Source of the DNA: Octopus sinensis
Lineage: Eukaryota
Direction of reading: 5' to 3'
Length of the DNA: 64,000 bases
Assembly (NCBI RefSeq): GCF_006345805.1
Contig: NC_042998.1
Span: forward strand, 173,600,001-173,664,000
How positions within the stretch are numbered: position 1 is the first letter of the stretch; every line of letters starts with the position of its first letter. A program made the translations under genes and the position numbers. Under the pieces are notes generated by a model that saw only the letters and a program-made list of their open reading frames with translations, was not told where the DNA came from and searched no databases. Below, piece after piece: positions 1-16,833 of this stretch.

Positions 1-613
1 TAAGTTTCCATTATGAATATTCAGTCCAGTTACTTTAGGATCGAGTAAAATATCTAAACATTTGAAGTATTTATTGTAGTGCTCAATTCTGTCTTTCATT
101 ATATTATTTCCTACGATTTCTATATACATACAGTGTGAGCCTATTTATCCCGTACTCTTCCAAAGTCATAGATACAGTACTTGAATACCTGTCAAATCTA
201 GGTTTATCTCCTATCACGTATTTCTCCATTCATATATTACCTGTTGATATCAGAAAACTAATATATTTCTATCCTAAGATAGAACACTGTGAAACTAATA
301 TATTTCCATCTTATATGCTAAACAGGGTTTTTCTTGCGTATTTCTTCACAATATGGCAGTGGATGCTGCACACTTCTATTAGAAAATTTTCCTTGCAACT
401 GGAGATCGGTTATGTTTGCACTTGCCACATGTTTTGATGGTATTGTTTCTTTAATATTTCTTGCATTGATATGTAGATATGAATTGAATATCACGGATGT
501 CATCTATCTATCTGTCTATCTATAAGTATGTCTGCCTGTCTATGTATCTATTTATCTATCTAGCTAGGTAGTTATCTATCTATCTATCTATCTATCTATA
601 AATATATATATAT

Positions 614-690
<77 letters not shown>

Positions 691-714
691 TACATATATG
701 TACATATATCTATA

Positions 715-746
<32 letters not shown>

Positions 747-2307
747 ATTGTATTTTATAATAGTTGCTACGCAACGACCACATGACAACGCGTTATTTAT
801 TATTGGTTGGATATGATGATCTTGCAACATGTGCTGTTATAGTAATGCTAGTCGTGCAACAATTACAAAAGGACTTTTTGAGGCAAGCGTAGGTTAAAAA
901 GCTCGATTGCAATCCATCGCATAATTCTGTGTGCATGTTAATGTGTAGCACATTGGGAAAGTGCTTTTACCATACTTATACCTCAATTTATGATAGCATT
1001 GAATTAAATATAATTTGCCTGGAAGGCATTGAATGAATTGTATTTCTTTTTGATTAGTAGACCGAAATTGTAGCCCGTTTATACTATAGCTGCTCAGAGG
1101 TTCTTTGGTACCTTTAACAAAGTCCACTTTGTTGCGAGCATTTGGACAAGGATTCAAGTTTAAGCATAACTCATGATTTATGATTTCGTCTTTGTTTTCC
1201 TCTAACAATCTCTAGGGAAGACTGAGGTAAAATGTCGTCGTAGTTAGCTTTCATCAATAAACCAGTCATAAAAAAGATGCGTGTCCTATAAGATGGCCTG
1301 ACTGTCTACTAGGCGATAACATTTAACTTTGATAGTTTTGCTATTTTTTAAAAGAAAAGAGCAAGTACAACTGAGGATTATTTTGGGCAGATCCAAGCAT
1401 TAATCAATATCTCTCAGAATACATGAATGCTTGCATAAAATGAGATAATAGAAAACAACTATAACATATTTGCACTTTTAACAAAACAACATACCTATAT
1501 CTTAGAATTGTATTCATTCGTTTATTTATTCATTCTGCTATTCATCTCGTATATAACTCCAAGCACTTAATATCACTTCTCAGGTTTACTTGTTTGCTAC
1601 TTCCCCACATGCTTTTAGTTGAATCAAATTCACCGTAACTACTGAAGCTAAACAAAATAGAAAAAGAATCTAATATATATCAATTTGACAGTGTTTCAGA
1701 TTCTTCATGCAGTGAAATTTTCAAATTCTTCATGCAGTGAAATTTTCCTACCATTTGATTCATACTTGCAGTTAAACTTTACTCGTAAATTTTATTTTTT
1801 TATTGAGTACAAATGTATCAATGAAAAAGATTACTAGCCACCAATTTTTTTACCTTTTCTCACCGGCCTCCTATATCAGTCATTGTGATTCTTGGCATGG
1901 TAATGCAATTTGAATAATACCTTAAAATCATATGATAAAATATATAGATTCAGAAGTTTTAATAAATTGGTACATTCCTCGCATACTGGAAAAGTTATTC
2001 CTAATTTGAGAATTTGCGATATCGTTGGGAAATTGTTTGCAACAGTTTATCGATTTATCATAACTATAGGATGTGCCTTAGATATACGTATTGCTTCTAT
2101 TTTATTCATTGCTACATACATAGGAGTAGCTCATATTTTATTGAATTACACTTCTTTCACAATATTCTTATGACATTACTCAATAAAAATTTAGCGGTTT
2201 CTTATGTAAGTAACTGAATTCCTTTCGCTGGTTTCTTTGCTATAAACTTTCGTAATTTAGTTTCCGTTAAGTTGGTATATAAATGCATCGATATATACAC
2301 AAACGAA

Positions 2308-2523
2308 GGCGGCGAGCTGGCAGAAATGTTAGCACGCCGAGCGAAATTCTTAGCGGTATTTCGTCTAACTTTATGTTGTGAGTTCAAATTCCGCCGATAT
2401 CGACTTTGCCTTTCATCCTTTCGGAGTCGATAAATTAAATACCAGTTGCGTACTGGGGTCGATCTACTTGATTACCCACCACCTCCCCAAAAATCTCGGG
2501 GTTTGTGCCTAGAGTAGAAAAGG
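2308..2523 (+). mobile_element. tRNA-derived SINE, family A (GGCGGCGAGCTGGCAGAA head)
   Basis: Pol III A/B-box-like head (gagttcaaattcc) and conserved body gtcgactttgcctttcatcctttcgg; homologous copies elsewhere in the window. Confidence 0.85.
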
Positions 2524-2639
2524 ATATATACATAAATAGATCAATAAACCAATCACAGAAACATGGAAACAAATAAAAATTTAGCTGGACATACAGATAA
2601 GTAAATAGAGCAACAAATCGACACATGCATGCATGCATG

Positions 2640-5600
2640 GGAGGGTGGGTGTTCCCCGATCGTCCGAACACAGAGGGGACAATACAATGCAGAATTTTTC
2701 TTTTCAAAAACGATCAAAAGGGGTCGAGGGGGCAATGCTTCAGTGCAAATTATCCATAGGTCCTGGCCCAAAAGTAGTCCTGAAGAGGCGGGTTAAGTAC
2801 TCCTCGTCGACGCCTTGAGTCTCCCCAAGAACGTCGTCACACCACCCCTCCACTAATCCTCTATAGAACGCCTTCGTGGAATTGAACGCACAAGTTTGAT
2901 CCCGGACAGCAGAGTTACTGGAGAACATGGCGACACGCGATGTACTCTTCGCGAAGCCCCGGTCTCTGCTTGATCCATGAAACGCTGGAGAGGACGCTGT
3001 ATCAGTGCATGTCTGCGCATCATCAACTACGGTATACCGTGTCCTCCATTTAGCGGTTGTTTGCAGCAGCAAATAGATCACTTGACCATCGGAACGCCTC
3101 CCTCCCACAAAAAGCGGAAGAATATGCGTTTCAGTTTCGTGAATGCAGGGTCAGGACGAGGCATGACGGCCTGATGGTAGTTAATGATGGATGCGATGTA
3201 CGCGATACCACCACTTCCGACCTTTTAGAGATAGCTTTATCTCGGTCAGTTGCTGGGTGAGAGTGGCCACCCTACTCGTTATTTCGTCCCAGTTCTTCTT
3301 CATTTGGAGATCTGGACCAAACGAGACATTCAGCAATTCAACCGGTCAGTCGGTCCAAAGTTTCACGATGGAGACGCTGTTGGACTGCGTGGGCTTGCTT
3401 CTCCAGGTACCGAGTCGCAACACCACTACCTTTTCCGGGTTAATTTTCGCTTTGTTATCGCTTCGTATTCTTTTCGTGTCTTGCCAACCGGGTAAATATG
3501 TCTGTGGATCGACACTGTGATGGTGGCATCGTCTGCGTATGCAGACACGCTTCTCTCGCATCCCAGTTCTCGCAGGATGGCCCTCAGCGTCGCCAGCTCC
3601 TGCAGTAGTGGCTCTAGAGTCAATGCATGCAGTCAATAGAGTCAAAACATGACGAAAGGAGGCATCCTTGACGGACAGAACGCGTTAAATGGTCTATATA
3701 GATGACCATTTACGCGAACTACCGACGGAGTGATGCTGTATAAAGCAGCGATCCAACCACGGAAGACTGGCTCGAAACCAGCCTTTTGATTAATCCAAAT
3801 TGATCCAGCTTTTGATCAGCATCCCACCCATGCCAGGTTCCTTAACTACCCTGTCTATGATGTAGGACATGAGATGGAGGTTGTCATGGATATATTTCCC
3901 GGCACGGTGCATGTTTCCGCCTTGTCGACCAGTTTTTCAATGACAAGCGCCAACCTCTCGGCTAGCACCTTGGCCAAAATTTTCAAATCTGCGTTGAGCA
4001 GAGTGGTGGGCTGGAAATTATCTATAACGTTCCACTTCTTTGAATCTTTCTTTTGCAGCGTCACCGCACCTCGACTCACAAAACTAGGGATACCCCCGGT
4101 TTGCTGCCAGTTGCAATAGACTGCTGCCAAGACATCTCGAAACAAGTCTTACATATGACAATAAAAGTTCATAGGACAGACCATTCAAGCCCAGTGACTT
4201 GTCTCTCGCGCAGCCTACGATCGCATTCCGTACATCAGCGGCCGTAATGGAACTTTCACAACACTCTGCCTCTCTTGCCGAGAGTCATGGTAGGCCATGC
4301 AGATAGGCATCACCCTGCGTTTTGACCCACCAGTTGTCCCGAACAGTCGAGCAATGTCTTGCTGTAAGACCTCACACATTCTTTCGGGCTCGAGCAATTC
4401 CCGCCCCTGTTCATTCATAAAAGATCGAATGGTGACTTTGTTGCCTTGTTGTGCCTTCGCCACCTGGGCCTCTCGGGGAGGCGGGGTGCAATTCATTCGT
4501 TTCTCAGTGCACGCATCTTAGCTCTGACAACGCAACTTTCGTGCTTGGCGTTGAAGTGTTGGTCAAGGGCCAACCTCGCCTCCAGCACGTTGGACGCGAT
4601 ACCACATCTAAGTGCCTCTTATAATTTCTTCACTAGGTCTCCCTCTATTCTATTTCGATCTATCGCTAAAACCTTGCTATACATAACCGATTCTGCTTTG
4701 ATTGCCCTCTTTAGGGCAAACCACCATTTATAGCTGACAATAGCGCCCGTTACTGCCCTCTTAACTAATGTGCTATTCCCGGTCTCTGTAAGCCTGTCGC
4801 TCCGGGAACGACGCGTTCAGCTCCAAGTAAATGGAACCCTCAGACATATTTACCCGGTCGGCAAGGCACTAAAAGAATACGAAGCGATAACAAAGCGAAT
4901 TTGTGATCGGTGTAGCTGACTATGTGAAACTGTGGACAACCTACACTATCCCTATCCACTGTCCTACAGAATACTCTATCTAAAAACTATTTGGACGACG
5001 CGATGCGGTTAGTCCATGTCCACATTGGCACATATGGGTAGTCCAGTCTGTAGCTGTCAGACATTTGGAAACGTCTGAGCAGGACTATGAGGCATTTGCA
5101 ACCCCTTCTCTTCGTATCTCTACCTACATAGTCTAAATGTTTGTCCAATGTAGCATTCCAACCCCTCACTAAAGTAAAGGTCGGGACGTTCCCAGGGAAT
5201 TGTTATTAGTCGGAAAGCACACTCGTTACTGTTATCGACATCCAAGACGACAATCCTTCTCTCCTGGTCTAGGAATATTGCCTTTACTTTCTGATCCAGA
5301 GTCTTTCGAAAGAGCACCGCAGTACCTCCACCGCTCATTCTCGGCAGACACGGGGAAACATAAATATCGAAATGTCTGCCGAACATGTTCAGGAGGGTCA
5401 GCGAGTTGGAGAGTTTGGTTTCGCTGATGGCTATGATATCTACATTTTGTGACGTGATGTCGTTTAGCAGGCAACCTTGTTTCCAAGTCGATCCCAAGCC
5501 ACTCACAGTTATACTACCTATCCTGAGCATGGACCTGACGAAAGTTGTGTTTCAGACACAAAAAGAAAACAGAAAATGGGGGAGAGTCACTGTTCGAAAG

Positions 5601-6920
5601 TTGGGGATTTTCGTCCTCAGTTTCTGTAAGGAGATTTTTGTATAGTTTTTCTTAGACAAAGGTTTTTGAAATCTCCCTACTGCTTTAGGGTAGAGAGGTT
5701 TTATTCATTTGTGTGTGTTTTGCCTGGTGTGTACTATTTTTATGTGTTGTAGTGGTGTTGTGTATAGGTGGTTGTTTATTTTGAAGCTGTTTTCTGCCAT
5801 GTCAGTGTGCGGACGTGTCAGTATTGCATTAGGTACACATTGATTCTGTTGATCGCGGTTAGCATTGTTGGTGTATGTATGTTTGTAGTGTAGATGCTGG
5901 TGTTGTTGTTATGTGTGGGAGTTTTGTTGTTGGGAGTGGTGTATCTCTCTGCATTGTGTGCTTGAGTGGTTGTTCTTACCCCGCTCTTCCTTCTTCCCCT
6001 ATGGCCATTTGCCATTCGACCGTGTTGACATCATCAGACGATATGTCGGAGAAATCAGAATATGGGAGGGTAAGGTATTGGGGTCGATTTGTGAGTGTGT
6101 TAATGTTGATGTAATTGCTGTTGTTGGAGTCGGTTGGTGGCTGTTGGGGTGTGATGCACGGGTTGTTGGGGATGTGGGGTTAGTCTTTTTCCCTCTTTTC
6201 AGAGTTTGGTACTTCTGTAGCAGTGGTTGTTCATGGTGGTGATGGTGTTACTTCTGATGTAGGTTGTGTTGATTGGTTGGGCTGGTTGGTTGTTTTGTGA
6301 AGCTGTTTCATCTGTTCGTGTAGCTGTTTCCTCAGCGCTGGTTTGCCGGTAGTGTTTTCTTTTTGTTGTTATTCTTGTTGTTGCTGTTTTTGTTGTGTTG
6401 TTGTTGCTCCTGTATTGTTGGTCAGTCAGTTTTTAGGTGGGTTTCTCAGCCACAAAGTGATCTTCCGCCTTCATCGGCCACATGTAAGGAGCTGCCGTCC
6501 CACAGTTTAATTAGTTCTGGGTCATTTTCGATCATCTATTGATCCGCTTGGATCAGCGCTCAAATGTGTGTCCTACCCAGTTTTGCTTCTCTAGGAGGGC
6601 AATTTCTAAGATGTTAATTACCTCTTCGTAATTACAGCAGATGGCTGACACCAACCATCGTGCTTCTATCTCAGTGGGGACATTTTAAAATTCTATTTTT
6701 ATCACCCGGAAATAAAATTTTGTGGAATACACTTTGTTCGTTCCTCTGTGTCAAATCTGACTTCAACTGTGGTAAACCTTTGGCCCCTTGTGACGTATAG
6801 TGCTTCCATGTGTTCACAGACCCGTTTGTTAAAGGGTAGTGTTGGTGGGTAAATATGGCTCGTGTTGTAAGATTTGTCACATATGTTGAAGAACTGAGTG
6901 TCAAGAGGGTGGGTATTCAT
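2640..6920 (-). mobile_element. Decayed L1/Tx1-clade LINE (ORF1 with zinc-knuckle remnant; ORF2 APE endonuclease + RT), frameshifted
   Basis: 5120-5530: LRIGSITVSGL...VDIIAISETKL (APE motifs); 4987-5169 GWNATLD; 3855-4145 FQPTTLLNADLKILAKVLAERL (L1/Tx1 RT domain); 3426-3623 VSAYADDAT; CGR..EDHFVAE knuckle remnant near 6450-6490. Confidence 0.88.
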
Positions 6921-6949
6921 GTTGTTGGCCCTTCTAGTGTTGTCTTCCT

Positions 6950-7020
6950 CACTACCACTACCACTAACACTATTACTGCTACCATCATCAACCCCACTAC
7001 TACTACTATCACCACCACTG

Positions 7021-7062
<42 letters not shown>

Positions 7063-7082
7063 TACTTCTACTACTACTATCG

Positions 7083-7130
<48 letters not shown>

Positions 7131-7150
7131 TCACTACCACTATTACTATC
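6950..7150. repeat. (CTA/CCA)n trinucleotide microsatellite
   Basis: Direct inspection. Confidence 0.95.
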
Positions 7151-7266
7151 TCTGATTATCGCTAGTGATATTCTCGTTGTTCTTGTACCTAGTGTCGAGG
7201 TATGTGTTGATGGTATTAGTGTTGGTTCTTATGTCTGCCTGCTGGTCCCTTTTAGGTAACTTTATA

Positions 7267-7560
7267 CTATCTCCTAGTGCATGTGCGATTGTTTTCTTTA
7301 CTTGATATTCGTTTACGGCGTGGGGTCCGCATGGCTCTGATCCATCCGCTCCATCTCTCTATAGGGGTATTCCTAGCCATGGACGTAATTGTGGTTGGTC
7401 TACCTTTTAAACGTCTACTGGGGAAGAAACCTCTAAGGTCATGCTTGTTTCGATATTCATCGTCATATGTCAGTCTAAGTAGGAGGACCAGTTCCTCTGT
7501 GTTGACATTGCGGAACTTCACTTCGCTCTCGCTGATCATCTCTAAGCACTTCTCCACCGC
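7267..7560 (-). mobile_element. Penelope-like element RT fragment (copy 1)
   Basis: EKCLEMISESEVKFRNVNTEELVLLLRLTYD...PSRRLKGRPTTITS is paralogous to the + strand fragment at 8109-8315, which carries the DAVSLYPSI RT motif. Confidence 0.7.
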
Positions 7561-7739
7561 AACCGGTTGTGGTTGTTGTTTCTGTTCCTAGCAGCAGTGT
7601 TTTCTGTTTCTAGTCTGCTGACTCACTGTCCAAGAATTGTGTTGCATTCAACTTTACTCTCCCCCACGATAACCATGACCTTAGTTTTATTCGTGTCCTT
7701 GTACCTAATGTCATCTGTGTGTGTCTGTGTGCCCGTTCC

Positions 7740-8030
7740 CCCTATTGCCGTTGTTGTTGTTGTTGTTGTATTCGACTTTTTCTCTGTTTTTGTTTTTGTA
7801 TTTGTATCTGTTGCTTGTGTTCGTGTGTTCGTGTGTTCGTTTTTGCCGTTGTTGCTGCTGTTGTTGTTGCTGTTGGTGCGGTTGTAGTTGTTCGTGTTGT
7901 TGTTGTCGTTCATGTTGTTCTTGTTGTTACGGTTGTTGTTGTCGTTCGTGTAGTTGTTGTTCTTGTTGCTGCGGTTATTGCTGTTCGTAATATTGCTGTC
8001 GCTCCTGTTGTTGTTGTTGTTGTTGTACAT
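7740..8030. repeat. Degenerate (GTT)n microsatellite
   Basis: Direct inspection. Confidence 0.9.
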
Positions 8031-8108
8031 GTTTAAATACCAACTTTTCATCTGGGCCAGTTACTATTCTCCCATAGATGTTCGTTTCGTCGTTCGTTTT
8101 GAATTCTG

Positions 8109-8315
8109 GTGGTAGCGGGTGGCATGGATGCTGTATCCCTATACCCATCTATCGACGTGGATTTTGCAGTGGAGAAGTGTGGGGGGATGATTAGCGAGAG
8201 CGAAGTGGAGGTCCGCAATGTCAACACAAAGGAACTGGGCCTCCTACTTAGACTGACATATGACAAAGAATATCTAGACAAACAAGACCTTAGAAGTTTC
8301 TGCCCCAGTAGACGT
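8109..8315 (+). mobile_element. Penelope-like element RT fragment (copy 2, inverted relative to copy 1)
   Basis: GMDAVSLYPSIDVDFAVEKC matches the PLE/telomerase-type RT motif DxxSLYPSI. Confidence 0.72.
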
Positions 8316-8506
8316 TTATTGTTGTTAAATGCTCGAAATGCGAGACTAGAAAAACAGCCAACAACTGATGAAGTATCGTTCTTTATGTTGTTTCGTTTTG
8401 TTTTCTATTTGTGTTTTTCTCTGTTCAAAAGAATACTTCGTGTTCCATGTACTCGTTATTCGTACTTTTTTCCTGCACACATTACATGACGTCCTATGCC
8501 CACATA

Positions 8507-8547
<41 letters not shown>

Positions 8548-8614
8548 GAATAGTTGTAAGTATATACATATATGTATGTATATATGCATATATATATATT
8601 ATATATAGGATAAA

Positions 8615-8946
8615 TACCCCCTTCGGTCATGAATAACCATGGGATTGCACCTAGAAAGTTACCTTCCTAGATACAAGTCCGGGCAAGGTTGTTTATGGAA
8701 GACCAGCAGTCGCCCATGCATACCAGCCTCCCCTCTCCACGCCACCAGTGTTATCCAAGGGAAAGACAAAGGTCGATACAGCTTGGCACCTGTGACGTCG
8801 CAACTCATTTCTACAGCTGAGTGAACTGGAGCAACGTGAAATAATGTGCCTTGCTCGAGAACACAACACGCAGCCCGGTCCGGGATTCGAGCTTACAACC
8901 TCACGATCGTAAGCTCGACGCTCTAACCACTGAGCCATGCGCCTTC
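8615..8946 (-). mobile_element. tRNA-derived CORE-type SINE, family B (octopus OR-like)
   Basis: Head ggcgcatggctcagtggttagagc...tcgaatccc, followed by CORE-like gagcaaggcac...cacgttgctccagttcactcagctgtagaaatgag; near-full-length match to 50756-51090. Confidence 0.88.
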
Positions 8947-9113
<167 letters not shown>

Positions 9114-9410
9114 TATATATTATATATAATATATATATATATATTATTTATATATATATATCATGGTTAAAGAAGTGATTTTAAATTCTCAAACGCTGGA
9201 TAATGCTATCCTATGTTTGAGAATTTTAAATCACTTCTTTAACTTTCTAAGACATGTCAACGCTTCTAAAGCAAACTTTGTTTGTTTGTTTACGTTCATC
9301 GTAATTTGAATTTATATATATATAATATATATATATATATATAATATATATATATGTATCACTTATACATACATACATACATACATTATATATATATATA
9401 TATATATATA

Positions 9411-12345
<2,935 letters not shown>

Positions 12346-12832
12346 ATATGTTGACCGCAAGTGGAGAAATGATAGGCAAGAAAATTATAAAAGGCAGAAT
12401 GCTAAATTTAAAGAAAATTTTAATGAAAATGGGTGTATGGAAAATTTTGAAAAATTAATAAAATATATATATATTAACTCAAACCGGTTTTCGTCACAAT
12501 GTGACTTTTCAAGAATTGTAAGGTGAAAAGAAAAAAATGTTTATGTTTGAGGATGTGGAAAAAAGAAAATTACATTGTGTTTTGCAAAAAAATAATAATA
12601 AACATATACAAAAATTAAAAATAGGTCCACCGATACATTGTAAAGTCTTTGTGTATCTCGAGTTTAATGATAGTTCTTGAAAAAATTACCTTGGAGGATT
12701 GAGATCCATGTGATTAAATCCATGTGCTGTTTAATTTAATTGAGGATGTCTGTTAAGTGAATGTCAAGACAGGAAGTAGTTGTTCAGGTCCTGTCTGTCA
12801 AAACAGGAAGTAGTTGTTCAGTAGTTGTTCAC

Positions 12833-12880
<48 letters not shown>

Positions 12881-13025
12881 ACGTATGTATGTATGTGCGT
12901 ATGTATGTATACATGTATGGATGTATGCATGTACGTATGTTTGTTTCTATATGCGTATATAGGTAGAAGGATCTGGCATGCATATATATAACTATATACA
13001 TATATATAGTACATAGTCGAGTATT

Positions 13026-13429
13026 CTCTTTCTCTCTTTTACTTGTTTCAGTCATTTGACTGCGGCCATGCTGGAGCACCGCCTTTAATCGAGCAACTCG
13101 ACCCCGAGTCTTATTCATTGTAAGCCCAGTACTTATTCTATCGGTCTCTTTTGCCGAACCGCTAAGTAACGGGGATGTAAACACACCAGCATCGGTTGTC
13201 AAGCAATGCTAGGGGAACAAACACAGATACACAAACACATACATATATATATATATATATACATATATACGACAGGCTTCTTTCAGTTTCCGTCTACCAA
13301 ATCCACTCACAAGGCATTGGTCGGTCCGGGGCTATAAGTAGAAGACACTTGCCCAAGATGCCACGCAGTGGGACTGAACCCGGAACCATGTGGTTGGTTA
13401 GCAAGCTACTTACCACACAGCCACTCCTG
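13026..13429 (-). mobile_element. tRNA-derived SINE family C with internal (TA/CA) microsatellite
   Basis: Head ggagtggctgtgtggtaag...ggttcagtccc; homologous to 52225-52701, 40133-40545 and 23760-24098. Confidence 0.88.
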
Positions 13430-13518
13430 TATATGTTAAATTAATGATACTCGGAGGCGTTAGGCCTGTTTTGAATACTATATCTTCAATTCATGAAAGC
13501 ATTAGTAGTTCATAACTA

Positions 13519-14616
13519 CAGGGGTTGGACAAAATATGGGAAACACCTTAAAATTTCAAACGAATTTATTTTAAAATGCCATAGGGCTGCCTTTGGTAGT
13601 AATTACAGCCTGAATTCTACAAGGTATGGACTCGTACAAAGTTTTCGTTGTCTCCAAGGGAATTTTTGCTCATTCTTCAGCTAAAGCGGTCTCCGAATCT
13701 TGTAATGATCATGGTCGAGGATATCGACTCCTTACTTGTTATTCTAAATTGCACCATATGTGGATTTTGGTGATCAGATTAGATGTTCAACTTCACGAGA
13801 ACATTACCTATGGAAACAGTTCCGCAAGCATAGCATGAATTTGATCAGATAAAATGCTTATATAGTCTTGACTATTAATTCTACCATGAAGTGAAATCAT
13901 TGGGTCGGCGTATTTCCAAGATATAACTCCACCAGATCATCACATATCCTTATCCATGTTTAAGAGTTGGAAGAATGCAGTCTGGATCAAATGCTTCTTT
14001 TGGCTGTCTCCACTAGCATACCCGGCCAGTTGACAGAAATAAAGTAAAGGATTATTTCGTCCGAGAAAATAACATTCTTCCACTGCTCTAGAGACCCATT
14101 GTGTAGATTTTTACTCCAGTATAAACGCTTTGCAACGTTTGTTTTTGAAAGTAGTGGCTTTCTGATTGCAACCCTTCCATGAAATCTGACTTTGTGCAGC
14201 TTCCGGCGAACAAGTTTTGTGAAAACTGGGTTGTCGATGTGCTCATTAAGCTCTGCAATAATTGTGGGAGCTGTACTTTTGTTTTCTTTTCTAACAATTC
14301 GCGTAAGAGTCCGACGCTCTCTATCGGCAAGTTTTGGTTTTCTTCCCGAGTTTTGTTTCGGCAAGGCAGTATTGGTCGGTACACCAAACATTTCGGCCCT
14401 TTTCGTTACGCTAGCGCTTGCCTTCCGAGCACCAACAATTTGACCTCTTTGAAAGTCCAATAGATTTGTGCTTTTAATGAATTTTAATTATCTTTTTCTA
14501 ATGATATCTGAAAAGAAACAGCAATTTTAGCAAAACATATTAAGTAAAACTAATAATATATCAAAAAATTGTGATGCTATGATGCTACGTGTTTCCATTA
14601 TTTTGTCCAACCCCTG
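13519..14616 (-). mobile_element. Tc1-family DNA transposon, internally deleted and frameshifted
   Basis: TIRs CAGGGGTTGGACAAAATA...GGAAACAC at both ends, TA target duplication; ORF 13987-14460 with HTH (FQRGQIVGAR), GRKPKL, KPLLS, WKNVIFSDE. Confidence 0.93.
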
Positions 14617-14647
14617 TATATACTGTATACACACACACACACACACG

Positions 14648-14705
<58 letters not shown>

Positions 14706-14903
14706 AGGATAAGATCGTTATTTAAAATACCGATCATATTGCCACATGGGTTCAAAATCCTTATAGGTAATAATTAATATTACAATTATAATTAAGGGTA
14801 GAGATAGCAGTCAAAACTTGACTCTAAAACCAAATCAAGTATTCTTACAGCACCATGGAGAAAAGACAATGAGACAAATAAACTAGTAATAAATTATTGG
14901 ATA

Positions 14904-14961
14904 ATCCCAGATCTAGATTTCTGGCTTTGCATAAGAATATACTCTGCCTCTTCAGTGGGAT
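14904..14961 (-). ncRNA. Type I hammerhead ribozyme motif
   Basis: Minus strand: AUCCCA-CUGAAGA-GGC(loop)GCC-a-GAAA-UCUAGA-UC^-UGGGAU. 6-bp stem I, intact core, palindromic stem III; one extra A before GAAA. Confidence 0.75.
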
Positions 14962-15011
14962 ATACACAGATAGTACATAATTACAAATACATACACACAC
15001 ACACATACACA

Positions 15012-15045
<34 letters not shown>

Positions 15046-15046
15046 T

Positions 15047-15229
<183 letters not shown>

Positions 15230-15560
15230 CAACATACGAATGCTTACATATATGCACGTAAACAAACATATATATGTACGTATGAACACGACCGGTATAA
15301 CTGAACTGTCCCTCTAAACTCTACGTGTTATATTGCCAGTAATTATAATAATAATGAAGTAAACAAAAAGAAGCGTCGGTAGTTCAAGCGTTCAAATGAA
15401 GGTGTATAAGATATAAGATAGTAGGAGACGGAGTGAAGGGCCTAATCCTTGTGTTCGTGGCTGAAACTTTGAAACTGCCCGTGTGTTACTCTTTTAGTTC
15501 CTTATATCTGCATCTTAGAGTCACGTTTTGACTGTTATCTCTAGCTCCCCGTAATTACAA

Positions 15561-15626
<66 letters not shown>

Positions 15627-15659
15627 AAACACTAAGGACAACAAAACATAGCACCCCCC

Positions 15660-16310
15660 ACCTCATTTCAAAGCACTACTGTTTATTTCAACCCACAACC
15701 CCAGAAACAGAGAAGCATACAACACTATTGTGCAAAATCTCCCTTTACTAACTAGAGATCCAAAAATGAACATCCTGAAAAGGCATAAACTCATCAAATG
15801 CAAAAAGCAGCACAAATCGCTAATGAGTCCGTTACCAAATGCGAAGCTTTACAAAAACAACCATGAAACCAATGGTTAAAAAATGTGGGCGCCCAAACTG
15901 TGAAGCCTGCCCCTACTTGAAAGCTCGGATTTCCGTTTCAAACAAGGAGAGAGGTTATTACATGAATTAGGTTCTGAGAACCTAATTCATGTAATAACAT
16001 GCTCAGGTTTTAAGACAAAACTATATTGGACAGACAGTATGACTTTGAGACTAAGAATCATTCTACAAAAATAGCAAATCCGGTTCCCGCAATACAAGCA
16101 AATTCCTCGAAGTGAACATATAGAGAAATCTGAAGGTAACACCAAACCAAATTTCACAGTATTTCCCAGTGCAAAGTTACAATTTCACCACAAGTGCAAT
16201 GAAACAATTTCACCACAAGTGCAAAGATAAAATTTCTCCACAAGATCGCTTAGATAAAGATACTTTCTTCATCGAAAAATACAGACCGCATCTTAATATA
16301 CACGCATAAC
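15660..16310 (+). mobile_element. Penelope-like element 3' fragment (linker + GIY-YIG endonuclease), pseudogenised
   Basis: Hand translation: FISTHNPRN...KKCGRPNCEAC...ENLIHVITCSG..NYIGQT..LRLR...SEH; stops and frameshifts present. Confidence 0.8.
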
Positions 16311-16734
16311 CAATCTTATCTCTTTACATATTTTAATTCAAGATTACATCACTGTACATAAATCCTCCCTCTAAACTAGTTTTTCGAAGTTTTATGTGTA
16401 TATATATATATATATATAATATATATATATATTCCCCCCATACCGAAAGTTAAAAGTTATCTCCCTCGCCCATAATAACGATAAACGATTACCTCCCCTC
16501 ATAAATATCATCACACATAACATGGACAAAAAGATCTCTTCCTAAGAAAATACATATTTAAATAAGTATTTATACATATTTAAATCTTAATATCATGAGT
16601 ATTATGCACCTTGTATTTGGATAATACAAGGTGCATTTTCCTTGTTTCCACCTGTGTCTGTTTCTCGTGTGGTATCGAGGTCTTTGTCTCTCATGTGGCA
16701 TCGAGGTCGTTATGAGTTCTTGGCAGAGAAGAAA

Positions 16735-16833
16735 AAAAAGAAGGAGGAGAAGAAGAAAAAGAAGAAGAAGAAGAAGAAGAAGAAGAAGAAGAAGAAGAAG
16801 AAGAAGAAGAAGAAGAAGAAGAAGAAGAAGAAG
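16735..16833. repeat. (AAG)n microsatellite
   Basis: Direct inspection. Confidence 0.97.

Noticed and set aside
894-1208. 104-aa minus-strand ORF with protein-like composition
   Set aside because: No recognisable motif, no ATG start, no convincing splice pair; could be TE debris but cannot be supported
1700-1748. 25-bp tandem duplication (similar short repeats at about 16178-16240)
   Set aside because: Ordinary slippage duplication; no spacer structure, not CRISPR-like
8870-8946. tRNA-like sequence
   Set aside because: It is the head of a SINE (continues into CORE and tail); no proper acceptor stem
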